From: Geosiphon pyriformis uo1
Taxonomy: Eukaryota > Fungi > Glomeromycota
Reading direction: 5' to 3'
Assembly (NCBI GenBank): GCA_016748015.1
Contig: JAAOMT010000741.1
Coordinates: 124,001 to 188,000 of the forward strand
Length of the DNA stretch: 64,000 nt
The notes beneath the pieces were generated by a model. The model was not told where the DNA came from, did no database searches, and was given only the letters and a program-made list of their open reading frames with translations. Of the stretch, positions 54,491-64,000 are shown one piece after another. Numbering within the stretch: position 1 is the first letter of the stretch; every line of letters begins with the position of its first letter. The position numbers were made by a program, and so were the translations under genes.

Positions 54491-54662
54491 CGTTATATAG
54501 GTAAATTCTTTGGGGTAGAGGATGTTATGGAAAAACCAAGATGCATTCTAAGTTTTTTTTTTGAATTGAGGTGAGACTAAAGATGATTTTCTGAGTTCTG
54601 CAAAATGCCGCAGAAATTCACTGATCCTGGGGAATTGTGATCTGTGCAAGTAATGGCTTTGT

Positions 54663-54681
54663 CCAATCAAGAATAGCCACA
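54663..54681 (+). promoter_or_regulatory. ERSE-like element CCAAT-N9-CCACA in the SEC12/HAC1 divergent promoter
   Basis: CCAAT caagaatag CCACA, exact 9-nt spacing. Confidence 0.5.
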
Positions 54682-54925
54682 TTTTTTCAACTGGCTCACA
54701 GAAACCTGCGCATAAAAGTGGAACCGCTCCAATGATTTTTGAACACATTTATTAAACCCTTTTCTAATATAACTGGAGCAGATGTGGTCTTAGACTTGGT
54801 AATTTTCCCTTTTTTACTTCGAGATAACCTCTTTTATAGGATTTATTCCTTTTACTTATTTTTCAGCTATCTTTACCACTGGAGCAAACTGCATTTATAA
54901 TTAAAAAACAATTTCACGGGTCACC

Positions 54926-56326
54926 ATGTCCTCTTCCAAAGGTACATCTGAAGACTTAAAAAGTCCGAAACTAGTTCAAGCCCAGTGTGCTTGGGAGGAG
55001 GTTATGGTGACTCCGACTCAGTTGTCGGTTACTGATACAACTGCCTCTGAGATTCTCGATCCTGTTTCCTTATTTTATAATCAGACGTCACTATCACAGG
55101 AAACCACGTCTACTGGCAATTCAATTGACCTAAAAACAAACTTGCCCACGGAACTGGAGCAAAATAAACTTGGTGTGCCGAACGATGGAATTTTCACTTT
55201 TGAAAATTTTTTTGATGTCGATGACTTGCGAGGACCAAGTTCAGATACAAGCGAAGACCTATTTGTACTCACAAGTCCAGACAGAACACCTGCCACCTCA
55301 CCTTTTTTCTTATCACCGAGGACAATACAGCCTGTGATGCTGACAAGCTCGAATACTGCTGTCTCCTCTCCCAGTTCACAGTCTTCTATTGATGGACTTG
55401 CCTCTCCTTTACTTCCACACACACCTGAAGAAGCCAGCAATCTAAAAAAGAAACAAAATGGAGGACGTAAGAGGAAAGCCGAAAGTTTAGAAGAAAAAGA
55501 GGCTCGCGCAAGAGAAAGGTGTGGAAATTTAATCTAATATTTTCGTAAAAATTTTCATTTTGGTCGTTCTTAAATAACTTTTATCTTTATATCTAGAGTG
55601 CTTCGTAATCGTCATGCAGCCCAAATGTCACGTGATAAAAAGCGACGTCAGTTAGCAGATCTTGAAGCTCAAAATGCGTTATTGAAAGAGGATAACACCC
55701 ATCTTTCCAAGCGTATAAAACTTGTCGAGGATGAGAACTCTTCGTTATCTGCAAAACTCGAGGCAATATCAGCCCAACTTTCTGAAATTCAATCACAATT
55801 AGCCGTATCCGAGGTGACGAAACTCCTTTTTGACGGTGTTCGCGGATCAGCAGCATCCGCGACCTTGGAAACCCAATCTCTTGCGGCAAACAATGATAAA
55901 GGGGAAAAAATCACAATCACCACTGCTCCTAGTGAGACGATATTATTACCACCTTCCCCCAAATCCATTGCCTACCCGCGAGAGAATTCCAAGAAGTCCC
56001 TGCAGCGGCACGTCAAAGTGAGGAGCCTTTACGGGACGTCAACATTACAAATTCCTTCCTTTCAGATTTTGATGCTTCCACCGCACATACTGAATCAACT
56101 GTTGCTGACCTTTTCGATAGTTTTTTGGACTACGATTGGCCACTCGAGATTTTATCTCCAATTCAGCAATAAGAAACAGAAGGTATTTGTTAAAGACGTT
56201 GTCATCTCGGAACTCGTCCATCGCTACAATATGAAGCGATGGTTGAGATCCGTAAAGGTTAAGCGTGGTCGCGGTGCTTCTAATTTGAAGCTCGTGCCCC
56301 GCGACTGGAGGAAGTACCCACCATAA
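54926..56326 (+). CDS. HAC1: bZIP UPR transcription factor HAC1/XBP1; spliceosomal intron 55519-55596; unspliced stop at 56326, IRE1-spliced stop at 56172
   Basis: GRKRK..EEKEARARERVLRNRHAAQMSRDKKR basic region plus leucine zipper; two CNG^CAGC stem-loops downstream. Confidence 0.9.
55851..56002 (+). other. Predicted IRE1-cleaved unconventional intron (152 nt)
   Basis: 5' hairpin CGCGGAT-CAG^CAGC-ATCCGCG; 3' hairpin GTCC-CTG^CAGC-GGCAC; removal shifts the frame. Confidence 0.8.
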
Positions 56327-56625
56327 TGAACATTTGATTCGGATTAATATAATTTTATTCTTTTATTATTCCTAATGAGGAGAAAGAAATATATATCTGA
56401 AGAACTTTAAAGTGATAAAAGTGTAGATAATCGCATTGTTTGTGTTATCCTTGCATTATTAAATCACAAGTTGGATCATATTTAGAAGCATACATAGTTA
56501 ATTTGGTTAGTAATACGTAAACTATTCAAGATATGGTGCAAAAACCTTATCTAGCTGTTCAAATAAATATTAAGGAACTATCTATGTATTACCTTTTTTT
56601 TTTAAAAAAAATTTTTTTTTGGCAA

Positions 56626-58674
56626 TCATAAAAGCTGAACTACTGTCGTCCACCCTTGTCGCGAATCTCCTTTCTTTCCCCAACTTTGATTGACCAAAGA
56701 AATATACAAATAATTAGACATCCTCTTTGCTCGCTGTAAAGGAAATAGTTCACAAACTTACAGTTCCAGTAATTTATCAGCTTTATTGTTTCGTTCACTG
56801 TACGCCGCACCCGGAAGCATAGTCTCTATAACTTCGTGAACCACCCTTGGCTTTTCTTCTGTCAACATACCTTTGAGGGTGAAAATTTAAAGCTGAATTT
56901 AATGTATGAAACGCCATTTTCAGAATTTGATGAAAAGAAGTTACCCGAAACATGAGGTTTGATAAAGTCAAAAACACAATCAGCATTTCTTTGATGACGT
57001 ATCTCAATTTCGCCTTCCTGATGTTTCTAATTAGCTTAAATTGCCCAAATGAGAAATATGCCGAGTTATAACAGGAAAAATGAATACCTTTCGAAAGACT
57101 AATAAAGAGAGTTTAGATTTATTGAAATAACGATATGGTAATCGTGCAAATTGATTGTTGATATTTTTCTTGATCCAGCAGAAATTTTCCACATAACGAA
57201 AACCCCATTTCTCAGCAATTTGGAGGATATCGGGTAGATACTCTTTTTCGGCCCAAACAAAAAGAAAACCTCGAAGGATTATTTTTGGTATATCAAGCTT
57301 ACCCTAGTCAGAAGAAATGCTATAATAAGGAATTCAAGAAATTTGCATGTAAACATGGCACTTACGAGTTCTTTTATCGTAATCTTGCCTGATTGAGCAG
57401 ATTCGCCCGGAAGCAAGAGGGGAGGATCTATGTACACTGCTTGATAATTTTTGCCGAGAGTGGTGAGATCCATAGAGATTATATCCTCTTCAAAGTACCT
57501 TGAATTTGGTGAAACAAAAACGAATTTTCCGAGGGTTTTTAAAGAACATTTTCAAAGCTAAGGACAATGCTTATATTTTTAACCATAGTCAGTAGGAATA
57601 ACCTTGATCCTTCATTAGGTTTTCCTTGGTTTTTAAAAAATGACCGTCTGATCGAATGTGCCCAGGAACGGGGGATGGGCAACGAAGGAATTCTGACATA
57701 TGTAGGTAAACTTGGGTCAATGTTGCTATTTTAGAAAAAGAAGTTTAAGTTTTAATAAATATGGCTCGTATGAATGGATGAAATGATCGATCAGGATTGG
57801 TCGACTACCATAAAATAAAACTTATAAACATTGAAAGTATTGCCTGATTTTTCTTTTGACCATAAAAAAATTCCCGTTCCGATCTTCTACTTGCATAAGC
57901 TTGTATCGCTGTATTATGCTTTCTCGATCGCCACGGCGACGTCGCTCAAGTGATGCTTTGTCATTCTTGCGACCACGCTTTTTCTTGTTGCCAAATTCCT
58001 CCTCCCAAAAATCATCATCTACAGCTAAATAATCACTATTGAGAATGACACGTAAGTTCGTTCACAATATATAAGTGAACGGAAATTGTGTTTTTTGATA
58101 GTTTGCACGTTTTATCGGGATCGAGCTGCAAAATTTTGGATAAAGTGCGGCATCAACATACTCTTCTTCCTCAAATTCGGCAGTATTACCGTCCTCCATT
58201 TCGATTCTCCAATATTCCAAATCTTGTAAGTCGTCAAAATTTGGCGCAAAAGTTGCAGATTTCACGGTGAAGCTTGACGTTCTTTTGAACACCTCAATTA
58301 GTTGTTCTTCCGTCAATGCCTCGTTAACCTGAGGAGCGGCAGAATCTATATCTTCTATTGCCATTTCAACAGAATCATCTGGTTTGGTCGCAGCGATTTC
58401 TTCTTGTATCCTTTCAAGTTCTTCAAACTTCTTCATTATAGCCTCAATAGACTCGTCGTCCTCGACATAACCCACATACAGAGCATTACTGAACGTGATT
58501 AGCATGGCCAAAATATATAGTTATGTATGATTAGATTAATATGAATAATAACACGTCCTGACAATATTTTCAAAATGGTTCGGTTTTATAACCAAACGGC
58601 GCGCGAGTTTACCTTGCGGTTGAGAGTCGAGGGTTAATCGCTCGCCTAACTCGTCGTGAAGATCTTCCGTTCAT
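56626..58674 (-). CDS. MT-A70-family adenine methyltransferase-like protein (probably non-catalytic, MTA9/METTL14 type), multi-exon
   Basis: MNGRSSRR..|ALYVGYVEDDES..; YQAVYIDPPL; GFLFVWAEK..WGFRYVENFCWIK; EIRHQRNAD; KPRVVHEVIETMLP; LLELWG..RQGW. Confidence 0.82.
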
Positions 58675-59010
58675 TGTTTTTAAATATGAATATATATTAG
58701 GTTGGAAGAAAGGTTAAAGTTTGAAATGTTACGCGTTTAATAAAGTCCTAAAAAATTCTTTGATATCAGAAAATCTGTGATCGTTTCATCCTATCAAATT
58801 AAGTTGATCAACATCATCATTTATTTTATTTCATATTTATATATATATATATATAAAATTAATTTCAATTGAAAAGTAACAAATAAAGAAAGAAATTTTG
58901 AATTAATGAATTATAAAACAAAATCTTTAATTCGTAATCACAATTTTTGAGGTTTTTTTTTTTCAAATTTTAATTTCAAAAAATAAATTTAATTATGGAT
59001 TGATAATTAC

Positions 59011-59076
59011 AAAAAGAAAGAAAGAAAAGAAAAGAAAAGAAAAGAAAAGAAAGAAAAGAAAAGAAAAGAAAAGAAA
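59011..59076. repeat. (AAAAG)n microsatellite
   Basis: Direct observation. Confidence 0.9.
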
Positions 59077-59344
59077 GGATTTTTTATAAAGTTATTCAAT
59101 CATTTTTTAAGAGTTCTTTGAATTAAAATTCGATTTTTTCTAAATATAGATTTAATAAAGTTATAAAGGATATTCAGTGACTGGATTAGAGATTCTTTTA
59201 ATGTTTTCCATTATCTATCCAAATAAGGATTATGTAGAAAATGTCAAAGAATATTTATATCAAAAATGGTGTGTATGTGTGTTGTTTTTTATTTTATTTT
59301 TTTTTCATGAACAACGACCAACTTTTTTGCATCACCATGCTTTT

Positions 59345-59379
<35 letters not shown>

Positions 59380-60557
59380 NNNNNNNNNNNNNNNNNNNNN
59401 NNNNNNNNNNNNNNNNNNNNNNNNNNNNNNNNNNNNNNNNNNNNNNNNNNNNNNNNNNNNNNNNNNNNNNNNNNNNNNNNNNNNNNNNNNNNNNNNNNNN
59501 NNNNNNNNNNNNNNNNNNNNNNNNNNNNNNNNNNNNNNNNNNNNNNNNNNNNNNNNNNNNNNNNNNNNNNNNNNNNNNNNNNNNNNNNNNNNNNNNNNNN
59601 NNNNNNNNNNNNNNNNNNNNNNNNNNNNNNNNNNNNNNNNNNNNNNNNNNNNNNNNNNNNNNNNNNNNNNNNNNNNNNNNNNNNNNNNNNNNNNNNNNNN
59701 NNNNNNNNNNNNNNNNNNNNNNNNNNNNNNNNNNNNNNNNNNNNNNNNNNNNNNNNNNNNNNNNNNNNNNNNNNNNNNNNNNNNNNNNNNNNNNNNNNNN
59801 NNNNNNNNNNNNNNNNNNNNNNNNNNNNNNNNNNNNNCTCCCCCCCCCCCCCCCCCCCCCCCCCTGGGTTCCCCGATGTTGGTGAAAAATGATCAAATAT
59901 CAATATCAAAAGTTGAATTAACCAAATGGGGTAACTTTAGAAAAATTCTGTTTTAAATCATAAATTACCTTTTGATTCACATAATAATAATGATTTGGTC
60001 TGTCCACCTTTTCTTCAAATTTGGAAACGCCCTGTCCCAACTTTGTCAATTACCACATCGTTTGACCAAGAACTCTTTCTCTTACTTCAACCCCAAAAAT
60101 AGCTCAATCGTAGTACAACAGAAACATGTCGTATAACCCAAATGACTTTTACTTTTACTTCTTTAGGGAAGCAGCTTGTTTGTCACCCAAAATTTTTTTG
60201 TCCCCATTTTTCCTTTTTAAAACCGGCCTCTCGTCATTTTTTCGATTCCTTTACCCTCCATGCTCAAAACTCTCACAGTGTTGTGTCCCGTACCAAACCC
60301 TTTGCCCCGTTGTTGAATTTTTTGTCTCCGGTTTTGTTAGTTCAGCGTGTAGTGCTAGACACTCGCCAATCCCTGATAATAATCATTAATATTAATTTTC
60401 CTGCGCGTGATAGAAAGCCCTTCTCTTTTACCGTCAAAAGAAATAAAAATATATATTTAACTTTAATTTTTCTTTAACCTCACACGATAAACCAGGATTC
60501 CCAAGAAGCCGCGCTTACTTGCTCATCCTTCTTTTTACTATTTCCACAAACATTATT

Positions 60558-60559
60558 AT

Positions 60560-60592
<33 letters not shown>
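60558..60592. repeat. (TAC)n microsatellite upstream of STE12
   Basis: Direct observation. Confidence 0.85.
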
Positions 60593-60760
60593 GACCTCTT
60601 CCTTTTGTAGTCTTATATTTTTGTTTGATACAAAATATATTTGACTCAAAAAGTAATACCTGACCTTTGTAAAAAAAAAAATCCTTTACTTTTCCTTCAA
60701 AAAAAAAGACATTTTTTTGTTCTCTTTAAGTTTCACGTGCTCTCTAACTTAAAAAAAAAA

Positions 60761-62536
60761 ATGAATACCATAGAAGCAAACACAATTAAAACCCCAATGG
60801 AACAAGTAGACGAACTTAAATACTGGTTAGCAACTGCTCCTTGTAACTGGGAGTCTGACCAAAATATTAAACGATACCTTTTACCCACCGGTGAATATAT
60901 TTCCTGTATACTATGGAATAGTCTTTACCATATCACTGGTACAGATATCGTTCGAAGTCTAGTGTTTCGTTTCCAAGCTTTTGGTAGACCTGTAAGAAAC
61001 ATTAAAAAATTTGAAGAAGGAATTTTCAGTGACCTACGTAACTTGAAACCAGGTATGGATGCTTCCCTCGAAGAACCAAAATCGGAATTCCTCGAAATGT
61101 TGTACAAGAACAATTGCATTCGAACACAAAAGAAACAAAAAGTTTTTTATTGGTTTTCTGTACCACATGATCGTCTATTTTTGGATGCTTTGGAACGTGA
61201 TCTGAAAAGAGAAAAGATGGTAATCGAACCAACAACGTATGCCGTTGCTGAACCTGCCCTATCTTTTTCATTCGATTCAACACAATCTCTATATGATCAG
61301 TTTACAAAAGGAATATCCCCATCATCATCTGCTCCTTCATCACCACGCCTTAATGGTTTAGTTTATGATCCAGCAAGTATATCCTCATTGGCTCCTACAT
61401 CAATGATGTGTCCACCAATCAAAACAGATGATCCTTCCGGTGTCTTATACCCGCTTAATCAAGAATCTCAAACTGTACAAACCAACGCTTCTTTAGGAAC
61501 ATTTGCTCTATTTCATTCAATGTCAACATGTGATAATACACTCTCAAAATCTCATCACTTGTACTCTTCCCCTGATCTTGGTTATTGTTCAATGGATGAA
61601 CTTTCAAAAAGTCCATTTGCTAATACCAATACTGCCACCGTCGAATCAACCGTTAGCTCACCATCCGATTATTTTGCCGTCTCAAGCTCCAATTGGAATA
61701 CCCCGAATTTGGAAGAACAACATCAACAACAACAACAACACCATCATTATGATGATAGTCGTCACTCTTCACCTGATAACTTGGATGCTGCTCACTTATC
61801 AAGTTTATCACATACGATGGTTTCCTCTTCAGGTTCAGCTGTCGCTGCTTATGCTCAAAATTCAGCTGCCAACGCTGCCAATCTTTTTGGGATGTTTTCA
61901 TTGTTTGAAGGTTCACCAACCTACAAACAACGAAGACGTCGTGCCAATTCCTGCAACAGCGTAAATGTGAACAATAACAATTTGAATGGTACTAATCCAA
62001 ATTCGTCACCTCGAGCTAATGCTGCCCCTTATTCATTAAAAACTTACACTTGTTCATTTGCAACTTGTGGTCGTCTCTTCAAAAGACTCGAACATTTGAA
62101 GCGTCATGTTCGTACACACACGATGGAAAGACCTTATTCTTGTCAAGTTTGTGGCAAAAGATTTTCAAGATCAGATAATTTAGCTCAACATCGTAAGACT
62201 CACGAGAGAGGAATGAATAACTCTCCAACTCCTTCTGATGATGGTTCTAATTCTGATCTTGGTTATGATGATGTTGTTGTTGTTAATAACAACTCACCTG
62301 TGAATAACGATTGTTATACCTATGAAGCCACCAATGTTCCCACCGTGGCAGATCTTACTTCATCATGTGTTCCGGAAGGTCTTGTTACTTCTGTGTATCA
62401 TTGTAACGAGCAACCGACCACCACTTATAACCATCCTCATCTTCATCATCATCATCAACACCATCATCAGACACCATATTTCGGTTTAACGTCACCTTTT
62501 TTGGAAGCTAGTGTTGGTAATGGGATTCTTGTGTAG
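60761..62536 (+). CDS. STE12: STE12/SteA transcription factor (STE domain plus two C2H2 zinc fingers), no intron needed
   Basis: [60 protein letters not shown]; [36 protein letters not shown]. Confidence 0.95.
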   Translation: MNTIEANTIKTPMEQVDELKYWLATAPCNWESDQNIKRYLLPTGEYISCILWNSLYHITGTDIVRSLVFRFQAFGRPVRNIKKFEEGIFSDLRNLKPGMDASLEEPKSEFLEMLYKNNCIRTQKKQKVFYWFSVPHDRLFLDALERDLKREKMVIEPTTYAVAEPALSFSFDSTQSLYDQFTKGISPSSSAPSSPRLNGLVYDPASISSLAPTSMMCPPIKTDDPSGVLYPLNQESQTVQTNASLGTFALFHSMSTCDNTLSKSHHLYSSPDLGYCSMDELSKSPFANTNTATVESTVSSPSDYFAVSSSNWNTPNLEEQHQQQQQHHHYDDSRHSSPDNLDAAHLSSLSHTMVSSSGSAVAAYAQNSAANAANLFGMFSLFEGSPTYKQRRRRANSCNSVNVNNNNLNGTNPNSSPRANAAPYSLKTYTCSFATCGRLFKRLEHLKRHVRTHTMERPYSCQVCGKRFSRSDNLAQHRKTHERGMNNSPTPSDDGSNSDLGYDDVVVVNNNSPVNNDCYTYEATNVPTVADLTSSCVPEGLVTSVYHCNEQPTTTYNHPHLHHHHQHHHQTPYFGLTSPFLEASVGNGILV

Positions 62537-62763
62537 AGAAAAAATTAAAATGTGCGCAATCATCGATTGGAATCTATCAGGGTTTTTTTGATGCATATCT
62601 CTGTGTCTCTGTGTGTGAGAGAACCTTTGTGGAAAAGGTTTTTCTTTTTTATTATTCAAGATATTTTTGGGCTGGGTAAAGGGCTGGACTTTTTATTTTT
62701 ATATATATATATATTGGCGAAAATTTTTTTATCTTCATAAAGTTCTTTATTGTTTATAGCAGG

Positions 62764-62820
62764 ACAACAACAACAACAACAACAACCACAACCACAACAA
62801 CCACAACAACAACAATAACA
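62764..62820. repeat. (CAA/CCA)n microsatellite
   Basis: Direct observation. Confidence 0.85.
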
Positions 62821-64000
62821 AAACCATTATAACCGAACAAAATCAACAGAAATTTAGGGTATCTCTGTTTCTTTTACATCAATATCAAAATACTTTTTTT
62901 CTTCTTTTCTAGTACTTTTTTTTTTTTCGAAACCAGAAAAATGACAATATTCATGACGACAGGCGCGTCTTTTTTCAAAATTTTCAAAATTTCCGATTTA
63001 TATCTTATACTCATTTATCAATTACATACGTAAAAATCCTTGAATATTGTCTTGTAACATTTTCACAACGGGGACAAAATCAACAGTGTGAATGACATTA
63101 TTAATGTCAACGTTTCTTGTCCTTTTTCTTTGGGGGGAACGTTTTTTGTACCATAAAAAAATGTTCAGTGCGCTGTTGGTCACACTATATGGAGGAAGCA
63201 CTGAACATTCTGTTTTTTGTTTTTTTGTTTTTTTCGATATTTAATATCAAAAATTAGCTCTTTTATCAAAAGTTAAACAAAAAGAATTTCGGAAACGAGC
63301 GATTCATTTTGTTTTGAAAATTCATATTGCAACCGTCAACCTATAAATCAGACCACATTCAACATCCCCAAAACACTTGTAATTATCTTCCCCTTTTTTT
63401 CGATTTTTTGGTTGTTCCTACCGGTGAAGATGCTTCGAAACAAAATCGATCGAAAACTTCCCTAAAAGTAATAAAGTTTCTTTTAGTAATATACTTTCCT
63501 TTAAATAATGAAATTATTCCTTGGAGTCCCCGTCGTGTAAAATATCAATACATGACATCTCTAATGTATATAAATATATATATATTGTTATTTTTCAAAG
63601 CAGTAATTGCTGGACAATTTCATTTACCCTTTTTTTTAACATCCTCTTCCCTTTTTCCTCTCGCTTATACATATTTTCAACGGTTTTTTGATTCGTGGTG
63701 TATGTGTTTTTATATGGGGATCTATGTGATTTTTTTTTTCTTGGGTTTTTTATGGTGTTTGTTTATAAAACTGTAAGTTTATTTCTTTTTCCAAATTATA
63801 ATTTAGATTACGGTAAAAATATATGTTGTTTTTCTATTTGTCAACAATCTCGTTGTCATTTGTTTCTGTAAACAAAAGTGGTTTTTTTTCTTTTTTTGTT
63901 TTTCTTTGACCACGAGAAAATGGAAGAAAGTTGGTGTTATGGGACTTTTCTTGTTGAGAGAAGGTTTTGATACGGCAAAAGACGCGGGAACTCTATTTTT

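Noticed and set aside
59177-59956. ORFs with poly-K/poly-P/poly-G
   Set aside because: Produced by homopolymers flanking an N gap
63327-63776. 149-aa ORF at the window end
   Set aside because: Non-ATG start, T-rich low complexity; more likely promoter, UTR or intron of the next gene

Overview
Eukaryotic (fungal) genomic DNA with several N gaps. The gene and transposon content suggests an early-diverging fungus of the Mucoromycota/Glomeromycotina type (inference, not verified). About 1-46.7 kb is a nested retrotransposon graveyard. It holds three diverged Ty3/Gypsy elements (A, B, C), with B inserted into A, A into a LINE, and C at the 5' end of a second LINE. It also holds RNase H-bearing LINEs, a solo LTR and near C/G-free AT-rich relic DNA. 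All three Gypsy elements share an unusual architecture: a Gag frame that opens at GTG in an AAAGTGG context, then protease, a Cys-rich domain, dUTPase, a degenerate dUTPase-like domain, RT and RNase H. A stop codon at the same position follows, then a separate integrase ORF. At the edge of the TE block (46.8-48.0 kb) lies a fragmented Fanzor/TnpB (IS607/Fanzor2-like) RNA-guided nuclease gene that the ORF track only shows in pieces, followed by a 3' hairpin. About 48.6-62.5 kb is a compact block of host genes: vacuolar subtilisin PRB1, a HAD_SAK protein, SEC12 (barely visible in the ORF track), HAC1/XBP1, an MT-A70 (MTA9-like) protein and STE12. HAC1 carries a predictable 152-nt IRE1 intron, and an ERSE-like element sits in the promoter it shares head-to-head with SEC12.
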